DNA of 64,000 nucleotides from an uncultured Verrucomicrobiae bacterium (GTDB lineage Bacteria; Chlamydiota; Chlamydiia; Chlamydiales; Rhabdochlamydiaceae): NCBI GenBank assembly GCA_963806855.1, contig CAWDYW010000001.1, positions 896,001 to 960,000 of the forward strand, read 5' to 3'. Shown piece by piece: positions 54,471 to 63,929 of this stretch (position 1 is its first letter; each line of letters starts with the position of its first letter). The notes under the pieces were generated by a model. It saw only the letters and a program-made list of their open reading frames with translations, ran no database searches and was not told where the DNA came from. The position numbers and the translations under genes were made by a program.

Positions 54471-57400
54471 ATGATGTTACCCGTTAATCCTGCAATGCAA
54501 GCAAGACAGTTTGTGCCCGTGGATCTGAAAATACCACCTGGAAGTGAAGTCAAAGCGATGATAAAATGCGGGTCTTGCACACTGTATTTTTTCCAGAGTA
54601 GCACCAACAATCTACGTGGTATTTGCATTGAGGGCGATGGAGCGCAAGAAGAAGAGCTCTGCTCTGAGCTGCGGAGGTTGATCGAGCTCCATGGCCCCAT
54701 TGATCAGCTCCTATCTCATCCAAAGTACGATGGTTTAAGGGAAAAATTTTTACTCCAAGCAGCTCCGGAGTCCAAAACGCTTGATGGCAGATCCGTTGTT
54801 CACCAAAAAGTAGAGTCTGACCATGAAGTTAGGCAGACGAGAACGACTAGGTCAACGGATTCTCCGTTCAATTCACCTTTGCATTCACAGCTCGCTTCCT
54901 ATGGAGGAATAGCGTTGCAAACATTTTTATCCTCTGGGGCTCAGTTTGCCGCGCAGGATCGGATATCTCAACTTGAAAAAGAAATCCAAGATACTAAAGC
55001 AAAGGGGAGGGAACTCGCAAATGAATTGGATAACAAAAACCCTCAAGGAGTAAATTGGTACGAAGGCTACAAAGGCAATGTACTCCCTATTCGTGGGCGA
55101 TTAGACTCCATCATTGAAAGTGGAGATCTTGAAGGCCTTGATAAGTTATTGCCAGGTGTTTTTACAAACTTGAAAGAACCCCCCAAAATATTCTATCGTG
55201 GGCCTTTAGATTATTCCTGGATTCCTAGTGGTAGTGGGGGGGACGAAGTAATCTATGTCCATCCCATTACTGGTATCAGTTTGCTTAAAAGGGATTTACC
55301 CCAAGTCTTTAAGATAAGAGAATCCATCCAGAAACACCAGGACGTGCAACAAAAGTTGAATGGTATGAAGGCTCGCAGCAGGTTTCTAGAGCAACATGCC
55401 CCCTGGGATCAATCCTTAGCGCATCTTGAGGTATTGGCCGGGCTCTGGAATAAAGACACGGCCCATATCGTCCTACGGCAGGCACGTTTAGGAAATCAAC
55501 TTGTTGAAAAGCTTAGAGTACTCCAATTCCGCCTTGATCAATTCAATGAGATGCGTAAGAAGGATGGGTTTCTCACTGCGGCGTGGTCGATCGGTGCATC
55601 CATTAGTACTTTAGAGCCTCTATTAGCGTGTATGGCTCTCGGCGCATCCATTTGCGCGATAGTCGGATCTTCCGGAAATGAAATGCTTCCTCCTCTTACT
55701 CAGCAGACGTTCTTTCAGGTCATCAATCAAAGTCTTTTTCCGCTAATTCAAGATGTTCATCTCTCCCTTTCCAATGGACAGAGCAGATTGGCAGACCAAA
55801 CGGATGAACAGACCACAGCTTTGCTACAGGCCATGAACTTGTGTCAAAAGGAGCTTATTGAACTTCTCGCGAGATTGAAGGGGGAGACAAATCAACATTT
55901 CGAGACTAAAAAGTTTGAGGATTTTGTGACAGCCGTTCGAAGGAACGCACGAGCCTATCGGGAGGACAAGCTTGCCGATGCAGTAGCGTTTATAAAAGGA
56001 ACTCGTGTTCCTCCCGATGGTTGGTTACAACGGTACTTAGAATCGACTGAGGCCGCCCTTGCCCATAGCAAAACGAACGATGCCCATGGATTCATTGGAT
56101 CTAAATCGCCTTCGATGGAGTGTGCCGCCCAGAGTGGTGTCTCTATGTTTAGTACTGGGGGCATCCATCATGCCCTTTTTGGAAATCAACTGTTCCCGCC
56201 AGAACTTTCCCTCTTAGACGCTGCTTGCCATACCTACATCTGCCTGGTCCGCGCCCTATTGCAGAACCAACAAATGATGAAGTCTAAAGAGTCTACAGGT
56301 TTATTGCTTCTTGCTGAAAGGCTCTTGGAGGGGATTGAGAATCAGAGCCGCATTTTCAATGGGTTGGGGCTGACACTCAATTTGTTATTAGAAAGTCATG
56401 AAGCCTTCATGATGCGATTAGAGAATAACATACGGGCTTCTAAAGTGGCAAAAGCAGGCGCACAGGATAAGACTCGTCAATGGGTTATGGACAGCCGTGC
56501 AGCTATTATTGAGGCCACTATAGGCCAAGAAATGTTCGGCTTAAGCAAATTCGCCTTTATGCCCATGAACTTAACTCCTTATAGTGATGAAATTCAATCT
56601 ACTCTAAATGGAAGACAATATTTAAATAGTCTGACATTTCCACCCATATTATTTTTTAGATGGAAGCAAGGGGACAGTTGGAGTAAGACAACATCTGTTA
56701 TGGACAGAAAGGTCTGCGAGCTACCTATGGCCTGCAAATTAACTGATAAAATATTTACGGGTGAAGCTCTAAAGGCGCAAGAATATTGTCATAAAGCCAA
56801 TGCATCGTTGAAACGGCGGATTTGGTGGGACAAAAATGGATTCCAATCTGCTGTGTCCGTATCAGCTATGTCTCGTATCCCATTTGCTTATACATGGGGT
56901 CATATGGACGAGTTAAGTGTGATCGATAATCCCCCTGTTCCTCCAAAAAATCCACTGCTTGATTGTACAGTTTTGCTTCAAGTAAAAGAAGCTTGGGATG
57001 GCAACCTAAAAACTGAATTTGATCAAGATTCTCGCTTGCAAATGGAAGACCTTCAAAAAATTCCCCGTGTTGACGAAAGCTGCGGAGCGCAGCGCAAAAA
57101 TTTAATGGCTGGTGTTTTGGACCTCTTGGAGGGGGGAAACCTTCCAGAGGAGCATCCTTTGAGAAAATATTCTGATCGTTATGAGGTGTGTTTGCCCCTT
57201 CAAAAGGGCGCCACTCCGCTCCCTTTACCCAAAACTTTGATGGCCTATATGCAACATGCTCTTTGTCCGGATTTGGAAAAAATGGCCTTGACGGGCTCTA
57301 GCGTTGACCTCAGGTATGACTTCGAGAAATCGAGGCTGGGCGATGTGTACCGTCTCAACCTCCATGCAGTCTATGATGAGAGCCAAGTGCCTTTTCAATC

Positions 57401-58232
57401 CCGATGTATTTTCGAAGTAGATGCAGCCACAGTAGAGTCTTATGCCAAGCAGATGGAAGAAGGAGCAACTCCGAACATCACAGAGTTTCTTTACAGCGCC
57501 CTTTTTGCAGGAGACTATGAAGGAGAAGGGCTTCCGGGGGCCAAAACACACGTCAATGAAAAGAAAGGAATTATCGCACCAAGTTTGACAGCCTTCCCAG
57601 GCCTATTCCGCATCCTGGAGAAGTGCCCTCATCTCTGTTTTTCTTTCAATCATCGGCAATACTCTGAATACACTGATGCCACGTTTAATTCATTGATCCG
57701 GTTTCTGGACGGTAATCAGTTTAACGAAAGAGCTAAGAAATTTTTCAAAGTCGGGCAGACCCAGGTTAATGCTCAGAACTACATGGCCGTCCAGAAAAGG
57801 ATGCGGGAGAAAGCGAGCTCTATCGAAAGCTCTGTAGAGGTCCAGACTTTTAAACGAAACTATACCTTGTTCCAAACTTTGGCTCAGCTTGTTTCAGCAG
57901 ATAACCCTAATGCGGTGCGTGAAAAGCTTATGGCCTTTGCTCGGATCATTCCTCCTGGTGAAATGGGCTGGCTCGAACAAGCTTACTATTATGATCCGCC
58001 ATCTAAAGAAGCCTGCAGACGCCTTCTCACGGAATTGGGGAATAACCCCTCTCTTGCTCAGCAACGCCTAGAAAAGCATGCAGGAAAGCTTCGTGACATT
58101 AGGTCGGTTCTACAACGCATAGAAAATGGAGAGTCTTTTTCCCTGGAAGAACAAATGAGATGGGTTGAATACAAATCTGGATTGAATGAGCCCTCAAAGT
58201 TATTGGCAAATTTGGAAGAGGATGCAAAATAA
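54471..58232 (+). CDS. large hypothetical protein (1253 aa) with coiled coils and a hydrophobic hairpin
   Basis: Uninterrupted ORF; no family recognised. Confidence 0.85.
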   Translation: MMLPVNPAMQARQFVPVDLKIPPGSEVKAMIKCGSCTLYFFQSSTNNLRGICIEGDGAQEEELCSELRRLIELHGPIDQLLSHPKYDGLREKFLLQAAPESKTLDGRSVVHQKVESDHEVRQTRTTRSTDSPFNSPLHSQLASYGGIALQTFLSSGAQFAAQDRISQLEKEIQDTKAKGRELANELDNKNPQGVNWYEGYKGNVLPIRGRLDSIIESGDLEGLDKLLPGVFTNLKEPPKIFYRGPLDYSWIPSGSGGDEVIYVHPITGISLLKRDLPQVFKIRESIQKHQDVQQKLNGMKARSRFLEQHAPWDQSLAHLEVLAGLWNKDTAHIVLRQARLGNQLVEKLRVLQFRLDQFNEMRKKDGFLTAAWSIGASISTLEPLLACMALGASICAIVGSSGNEMLPPLTQQTFFQVINQSLFPLIQDVHLSLSNGQSRLADQTDEQTTALLQAMNLCQKELIELLARLKGETNQHFETKKFEDFVTAVRRNARAYREDKLADAVAFIKGTRVPPDGWLQRYLESTEAALAHSKTNDAHGFIGSKSPSMECAAQSGVSMFSTGGIHHALFGNQLFPPELSLLDAACHTYICLVRALLQNQQMMKSKESTGLLLLAERLLEGIENQSRIFNGLGLTLNLLLESHEAFMMRLENNIRASKVAKAGAQDKTRQWVMDSRAAIIEATIGQEMFGLSKFAFMPMNLTPYSDEIQSTLNGRQYLNSLTFPPILFFRWKQGDSWSKTTSVMDRKVCELPMACKLTDKIFTGEALKAQEYCHKANASLKRRIWWDKNGFQSAVSVSAMSRIPFAYTWGHMDELSVIDNPPVPPKNPLLDCTVLLQVKEAWDGNLKTEFDQDSRLQMEDLQKIPRVDESCGAQRKNLMAGVLDLLEGGNLPEEHPLRKYSDRYEVCLPLQKGATPLPLPKTLMAYMQHALCPDLEKMALTGSSVDLRYDFEKSRLGDVYRLNLHAVYDESQVPFQSRCIFEVDAATVESYAKQMEEGATPNITEFLYSALFAGDYEGEGLPGAKTHVNEKKGIIAPSLTAFPGLFRILEKCPHLCFSFNHRQYSEYTDATFNSLIRFLDGNQFNERAKKFFKVGQTQVNAQNYMAVQKRMREKASSIESSVEVQTFKRNYTLFQTLAQLVSADNPNAVREKLMAFARIIPPGEMGWLEQAYYYDPPSKEACRRLLTELGNNPSLAQQRLEKHAGKLRDIRSVLQRIENGESFSLEEQMRWVEYKSGLNEPSKLLANLEEDAK

Positions 58233-58234
58233 TT

Positions 58235-59113
58235 TCACCCTTGAGTAAGACATGAAGAGTTATTCAATGGGAATTTAGCGAATAGGTCTAGAAACCCCTT
58301 GGCATGTGCGCTAGGGGTCATATTTTTCTCAAAGAGCGCAAAAAGAGTGTAGTCCATCGGATTTAGCTCTTCGAAAACGGGCTTTAGGTCTGGGTTGGCA
58401 TAGGCGATATAATCGGGAAAAAGTCCCACGCCGAGCCCTTCTTGCACGAGTTTCGCAATCACACCCCAGCTCGATACTTCCATCAATGTTGGCAACTCAG
58501 TTCCATGCAAATTGCGATAGCGGGTTTTGAGCAGATTTGTCTCCATCCGCTCTTCTGAATCGAGTAAGAAAGAGAGGGCGGTAGGGTCTTGTATCTTTTT
58601 GGAGACATAGAGCCGATAGGATCCGTCATGTAGAGGGTGCTTCTCGAATTGAGAGAGATCTTCGTTATTGAGCGAGATGCCAAAATCGATGGTGCCGTTT
58701 TTGATCATGTCTTTGATGGCATAGTAATTACCGAGTCGAAAGTTGATCCTTAAGTTGGGCAGATGCTCCTTGGCTAGCTTGAGATACTGCGGAAGGCAGG
58801 AAAGGGCAAAGCTGTGGGTGCATCCAAAGGTGATTGTCCCTTCTTTTTTTGCTAGGAAGTCCTCGGTGGTCTGAATGGCTTTGAAGATCTCTTTGGCATG
58901 AGCGAAGAGCTGTTTGCCCTCTTCTGTCACTTTGAACCGATTCGGCTGGTGGGAAATGAGCGCTTTCCCGAGGCTGCCTTCGAGTTTATTAATCCCTTGG
59001 CTCACAGCGGATTGGCTGACAAAATTCAGTTTGGCTGCCGCAGAGATGCTCCCGCTGCGTACCGAGTCACAAAAATATTTTAAATAGACCAGATTTAAAT
59101 GAAGTTTTGTCAT
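58235..59113 (-). CDS. LysR-family regulator
   Basis: SISAAAKLNFVSQSAVSQGINKLE HTH; VQEGLGVGLFP. Confidence 0.93.
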   Translation of the reverse strand: MTKLHLNLVYLKYFCDSVRSGSISAAAKLNFVSQSAVSQGINKLEGSLGKALISHQPNRFKVTEEGKQLFAHAKEIFKAIQTTEDFLAKKEGTITFGCTHSFALSCLPQYLKLAKEHLPNLRINFRLGNYYAIKDMIKNGTIDFGISLNNEDLSQFEKHPLHDGSYRLYVSKKIQDPTALSFLLDSEERMETNLLKTRYRNLHGTELPTLMEVSSWGVIAKLVQEGLGVGLFPDYIAYANPDLKPVFEELNPMDYTLFALFEKNMTPSAHAKGFLDLFAKFPLNNSSCLTQG

Positions 59114-59199
59114 AAGCAGTTCTTATACCTCCTTTCAATAATATGAATTTTCCTTATTTTAATCCACTGTTTTATCATCTGGGGAAAAGGAGCTGAAAG

Positions 59200-59706
59200 A
59201 TGATAACAGATAGTTTTCTTTCTATATTCGCTGCCAAAGAGGCGCGACGTTTTAAATTGAAGGTGGGGGTCTTTGTTGTATTGATGCAGGATGAACAGGT
59301 GCTATTGCTCAAACGATTTCAGACAGGTATCGCCGATGGGAAATATGTGCTTCCCATGGGTGGGCACGATGGGCAAGAGCCGATCACCCGCACGCTGATC
59401 CGTGAGGCCAAAGAGGAGATCAATATCGATCTCAGGGACGAAGATGTATCGGTTTGCCATATGATGCACCGTTTTCAGCCGATGCCAGAGGGGCTTTCTT
59501 TCGAGCAGATTGATGTCTTTTTTAAGGTGCGTCGCTTTGATGGGACTATTCAAAATAATGAGCCCCATGTCTGCGAGGAGCTAAAATTTTTCCCATTGAA
59601 CGATCTGCCCAAATCAATCGATGGGTTCATCAGTTGTGCTCTAAGCTGCATCGAGAGAGGGGAGTTCTATTCTGAATTTGGCTTTGATGGGAGGGTGTCA
59701 TGTTAG
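59200..59706 (+). CDS. NUDIX hydrolase
   Basis: Nudix box GGHDGQE-PITRTLI-REAKEEINI; NNEPHVC. Confidence 0.9.
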   Translation: MITDSFLSIFAAKEARRFKLKVGVFVVLMQDEQVLLLKRFQTGIADGKYVLPMGGHDGQEPITRTLIREAKEEINIDLRDEDVSVCHMMHRFQPMPEGLSFEQIDVFFKVRRFDGTIQNNEPHVCEELKFFPLNDLPKSIDGFISCALSCIERGEFYSEFGFDGRVSC

Positions 59707-60641
59707 ATATTATTTCCTATGAGACTTTCATGCAAGGCGGTCCTGAAATGGTCGCGGAATTAAAAAAGGCGTTTCATGAAAAAGGGATCGTCGGGATTAA
59801 GGGGATTCCTGGCTATAGAGAAAAAGTATTCAAGTTCATCGAAGCTGCCAGAGAGTTTTCTGCCCTTCCAGAAGAGGTTAAGCAGCGCTATGAGCCCAGT
59901 CGGTTGTATGGCAAGGATCCCCTTGGTTATGAGAAGGGGAAAGAGCGATTTCGGCTTCCAAATGGCGATTGGGTAATCGATGATCTGAAGGTATCCTACT
60001 ATGGGCTTGTCCCCGATACGATCCAAAACAAGTGGCCGACAGAGGTCGATTTAAAAACCCCTTTTCAAGGGCTGGGCATGATCATGTCTGAGATGGGGAC
60101 AGCGATCATGGAGACAATCGGGTTACTCGGGCCCGAGTCTGTGATCAATTTAGAGGGGATTCCCCGACTCGGTAGAATGCTCTATTACCGCAAGAGTACG
60201 GAGAGTCAAAATGGCAATCCCCACTGGTGTGGTTCTCACTTTGATCATGGGTTGTTCACTGCGTTACTGCCTGCCTTTTATTTTGATGAGGGGGTGCCAG
60301 TTGTAGAACCAGAGGAAGCGGGGCTTTTCATTAAGACAACCAGAGAGGGGGTATTTGAAAAGATTGTTGCGGATGATCCCGACGTGCTCCTATTTCAGGT
60401 GGGGGAATTTGCTCAATTAGCCACTAGCGATGCCATCCGAGCGACCGAGCACCGCGTGCATAAAGCCTCTGGCTCAGTGGAGCGGTATACGATGGCCCTC
60501 TTTTTCGTTCCGCCGATAGATACTGTGGTCTATTCTTATTCTGAATTGAGCAAAGATGCCCGTTATGGGGGAGTCCCCGGCGCGCCCTGCACGGCTCAGA
60601 GGTGGAATGATGAATCTTATAACCGCTATCTGGTGAAATAA
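59700..60641 (+). CDS. 2OG-Fe(II) dioxygenase (IPNS-like fold)
   Basis: HFD...H facial triad (SHFDHG, TEHRV) and RYT 2OG-binding motif. Confidence 0.85.
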   Translation: MLDIISYETFMQGGPEMVAELKKAFHEKGIVGIKGIPGYREKVFKFIEAAREFSALPEEVKQRYEPSRLYGKDPLGYEKGKERFRLPNGDWVIDDLKVSYYGLVPDTIQNKWPTEVDLKTPFQGLGMIMSEMGTAIMETIGLLGPESVINLEGIPRLGRMLYYRKSTESQNGNPHWCGSHFDHGLFTALLPAFYFDEGVPVVEPEEAGLFIKTTREGVFEKIVADDPDVLLFQVGEFAQLATSDAIRATEHRVHKASGSVERYTMALFFVPPIDTVVYSYSELSKDARYGGVPGAPCTAQRWNDESYNRYLVK

Positions 60642-60665
60642 AAACTCGATACATATAATTGGCAT

Positions 60666-61280
60666 ATGAAAACAAAAATTGCAATCTACCTGGCAGGAAG
60701 CATCAAAAAGGGGCATGAAAAATCGGACGACACCTATTGGACCGATGAGGACATGGCCCTTTTAAGGGAGAGTCTGCACGACTTTGAGCTCTCCTTCCTC
60801 AATCCCGCTTTCCGAACAGACGATTTGTCAGATCAGAGATCGGTGTTTGGCCGCGATATGGTGCAAGTCTTTTCCTCCAATTTCGTTTTTGCTGACGTGC
60901 GCGATAGGCGTGGTTTAGGGGTAGGGGCCGAAATGATGTGGGCCAAACTGCATCACATTCCCATCATCTCCTGGGCACCTAGAAATAGCCACTACCGAAA
61001 AGACAAGGCCACCATCTTGGGCTCGCCTGTTGATAATTTCATCCACCCTTTTGTCGAGGGGCTGAGTGATAAAATCGTCGAAAATCTCGAGGAAGGGGCA
61101 AAATGGATCCGAGAAGTGATTTCCGACCCCTCGATTTCAATCAAAGGGATCGATGACATCGGCGCCGCCATGCAGTACTATAAAGAAAAGCAGCTGCACC
61201 GCGACCGGCCGATGCAGGAAATGATCAGCTCAAACGAGGCTCTACAGCAGCGGATGAACCGACTCATCCTCAGGAGTTAG
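60666..61280 (+). CDS. nucleoside 2-deoxyribosyltransferase / N-glycosidase-like protein
   Basis: IYLAGSI, LNP, FGRD, GVGAEM.WA...IPII match the NDT/DNPH1 pattern including the catalytic Glu. Confidence 0.65.
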   Translation: MKTKIAIYLAGSIKKGHEKSDDTYWTDEDMALLRESLHDFELSFLNPAFRTDDLSDQRSVFGRDMVQVFSSNFVFADVRDRRGLGVGAEMMWAKLHHIPIISWAPRNSHYRKDKATILGSPVDNFIHPFVEGLSDKIVENLEEGAKWIREVISDPSISIKGIDDIGAAMQYYKEKQLHRDRPMQEMISSNEALQQRMNRLILRS

Positions 61281-61616
61281 GTTGGTGATATGTTGCTCAG
61301 GGTACCATGCGGGAGCGACGGGTAGAACGACGGTCATCGTCCCTTCCCAATAGTACCGTTCGCCGGCAGGAATTAGGACAACATCCCCCTCGCCAAGCTC
61401 CACGCTATTGCTTTCAGTGACGAGCCTTCCGCTCCCTTTCACGACATAACCCATTTCAGTGCATTTGAGATTGACCGCATAGCCTACATCTGGATAGCGA
61501 CCGGTGATCTCTGCTACTCCGATGTTGATCTCTGTATTCTGCATCACATATTCAAGCACAGTACATTTAGAAGAATTATCATGTTTGATCGCATCTTGCA
61601 GTTTGACATACTCCAT
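61242..61616 (-). CDS. cupin-domain protein
   Basis: EMGYVVKGSG, GDVVLIPAGERY; start ATG 61616 after GGAGG. Confidence 0.82.
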   Translation of the reverse strand: MEYVKLQDAIKHDNSSKCTVLEYVMQNTEINIGVAEITGRYPDVGYAVNLKCTEMGYVVKGSGRLVTESNSVELGEGDVVLIPAGERYYWEGTMTVVLPVAPAWYPEQHITNLTPEDESVHPLL

Positions 61617-61676
61617 TGAAGCCTCCAGGTTGCTCGAATTGTAGCCTGAATTGCTTTTTCTTGGTAAGATATTGGA

Positions 61677-62102
61677 ATGACTTTTCAGTATCCAATTCGT
61701 ACCCGTTATTCTGAAACTGGACAAGATGGAATCATCCACCATTCTGCCTATGTGGTCTATTTGGAAGTGGCACGCGTGGAATTTTTTAAACAGCTGGGAT
61801 TGGACATCAATGAACTCGAGAAAAAGGGGATGCTCTGCCCTGTTGTAGATCTCTTTGTGAAATATCTAAAACCTCTCAACTCTTTAGAAGATATCGTCGT
61901 CGAAGTTTCGGTCGGGGAGCTTTCGAAGGTCAAATTTAGTCTGAATTATCGAGTGTTAAAAGCGGAGGCTTTAGTGGCTACGGCCGTGGTTTCCCATTGC
62001 ATTATCGATGGGTCGTTTAAGCCAATTGCCATTCCAAAAGAGTTTATGGAGAAGCTAGCACTTCTAGCAAGAACCGCTTCGTCTGCTCCCATGCTCGTAT
62101 AG
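61677..62102 (+). CDS. YbgC-like acyl-CoA thioesterase
   Basis: RYSETGQDGIIHHSAY..YLEVAR hot-dog motif (canonical Asp appears as Gly). Confidence 0.82.
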   Translation: MTFQYPIRTRYSETGQDGIIHHSAYVVYLEVARVEFFKQLGLDINELEKKGMLCPVVDLFVKYLKPLNSLEDIVVEVSVGELSKVKFSLNYRVLKAEALVATAVVSHCIIDGSFKPIAIPKEFMEKLALLARTASSAPMLV

Positions 62103-62216
62103 CTGAAAGGGGATCGATCATCTGCTTGTCTTGGGCAACGCCACTTCTCGGGACCTAAAGGTAGGGGAGATAGCCGGCTCTGAGTTCTTGCTCCAAGAGA
62201 TGATCGAACTACTTCG

Positions 62217-62495
62217 TCAAGAAGTTTTGCCGTAGAGTTTCCGCAGTTCGTCTTTTGCCTGCTCAATGGCTTGCCAACGCTCTTTAGACAGATTTTTCCC
62301 AGCCCGATTTTGATAAAAGACCAGCATCGACATCGCAGAACGGAAAGGGGTCGATTTGCGGCGGGTGCTTTTCTCAGCAGATCGTTTCAGAGAAAGGGCC
62401 ATTTGGCGTGGGCTCATCTTAAATACCCCTTCCTCAAGATCAAGGGCATTGCTTCTCTCTGTCACTTGTTTGGACCAGTAGCGAGTCTTCTTCAT
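62217..62495 (-). CDS. DUF3175-like protein
   Basis: WS..VT..SNALDLE.GVF, SLKRSAE.S.RRK..PFRSAMSML.FY.NRAGKNL. Confidence 0.8.
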   Translation of the reverse strand: MKKTRYWSKQVTERSNALDLEEGVFKMSPRQMALSLKRSAEKSTRRKSTPFRSAMSMLVFYQNRAGKNLSKERWQAIEQAKDELRKLYGKTS

Positions 62496-62626
62496 CCCCT
62501 CACCGTAAAATAATGGGAATATTATGCCAAGACGGGTCTTTGTAAAGGTTGGAGGGTCCGCCGCCTACAATTGCAATTTTCATGTAATTATTCTGCCAAA
62601 ACTAAAGTTATTAATAAATAAACACA

Positions 62627-63190
62627 TTATTTATTATAACAAAAACAATCTATTGTATGGTCGTTGACCAGCCCTGTTGCCTGCATATGGGAATACATCA
62701 CCTTGGGGCCGACAAACTTAAACCCACGTTTCATTAGATCGGTGCTGAGAGCTCGCGATTCCTTGGACTCTTGTGGGATTTCTTGAATCGATTTCCGGTG
62801 GTTTTGGATCGGTTTGTCATTAACAAATCGCCAGATATAGTTGTCAAAACTGCCAAATTCTTTTTGAATTTCAAGAAAGTGCTTGGCATTGCTGACGCAG
62901 GAGGTGATCTTCAGCCGATTCCGTACAATCCCCTCATCTTGGAGCAAAGCGTCGATTTTCGCTTGATCGTAGCGGGCTACTTTCACCGGTTCAAAATTGG
63001 AAAAGGCGCGCCTATATCCTTCCCGCTTTTTCAAAATGGTCAGCCAGCTTAAACCCGCTTGCGCCCCCTCGAGAATGAGAAACTCAAAGTGCTTGCGATC
63101 ATCATGGATAGGGACGCCCCACTCAGTGTCGTGGTAATGTTCATAAAGTTCATTGCCAGGAGTGACCCAAGCGCATCTTTTTTTCTGCAT
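62627..63190 (-). CDS. tag: DNA-3-methyladenine glycosylase I
   Basis: RCAW, YHDTEWG, LEGAQAGLSW, RNRLKI, GFKFVGP, NDH...C. Confidence 0.95.
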   Translation of the reverse strand: MQKKRCAWVTPGNELYEHYHDTEWGVPIHDDRKHFEFLILEGAQAGLSWLTILKKREGYRRAFSNFEPVKVARYDQAKIDALLQDEGIVRNRLKITSCVSNAKHFLEIQKEFGSFDNYIWRFVNDKPIQNHRKSIQEIPQESKESRALSTDLMKRGFKFVGPKVMYSHMQATGLVNDHTIDCFCYNK

Positions 63191-63271
63191 TGCGCCAGAA
63201 ATTTTAGTCGAAACAGTGATTTTTAAGTAAACATTTTGCAAAATGGTTCTGATCTAGCGCAAAGGAGCACT

Positions 63272-63886
63272 ATGAAATACCTCATCACTTTCCTTGTCAT
63301 CCTCTCTTCTCTATCAGCAGAGGTGAAGATTCTCGCCATTGCTGGCAGTACACGGAAGGGTTCCTATAACCAAAAACTATTGGCCCAAGCAGCCGAAATT
63401 GCGCGGCAAAAAGGGGCCACTGTGACGGTGATCAATCTAAAGGACTACCCTATTCCCCTCTACGATGGAGATCTGGAAGCTGAGGGTGGGATGCCAGAGA
63501 ACGCCAGAATCATTCGAGCGAAAATGATCGAAAGCGATGGGGTCATTCTCTCGACTCCTGAGTACAATGGAGCTATTTCAGGTGTACTCAAAAATGTGAT
63601 CGACTGGCTTTCAAGGGCAGAAAAGGGGGGATTCTCTCTAGAGGCATTTACTGACAAGCCCTTTGCGTTGATGAGCGCATCGGTGGGAAAGAGGGGCGGG
63701 CAATCGGCTTTAGATAATCTCACCTACATCATTGAGCATGTCGATGGAAAAGTGGTGCCAACGAAGGTAGCCATTCCTGATGCCCATATGGCATTTAATG
63801 AAGAGGGGCATTTAAAAGATGCGGCGAAAATGAAAGAGCTGGAGAAGGAAATCCAAGAATTAATTCGAATTGCTGGAAAAAAATAG
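63272..63886 (+). CDS. NADPH-dependent FMN reductase with apparent signal peptide
   Basis: AGSTRKGSYN, TPEYNG..SGVLKN.IDWLSR; leader MKYLITFLVILSSLSA. Confidence 0.9.
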   Translation: MKYLITFLVILSSLSAEVKILAIAGSTRKGSYNQKLLAQAAEIARQKGATVTVINLKDYPIPLYDGDLEAEGGMPENARIIRAKMIESDGVILSTPEYNGAISGVLKNVIDWLSRAEKGGFSLEAFTDKPFALMSASVGKRGGQSALDNLTYIIEHVDGKVVPTKVAIPDAHMAFNEEGHLKDAAKMKELEKEIQELIRIAGKK

Positions 63887-63929
63887 CGACGATCAGTAGA
63901 ATGCTCATCAATTCAAAAAAGGACTAATC

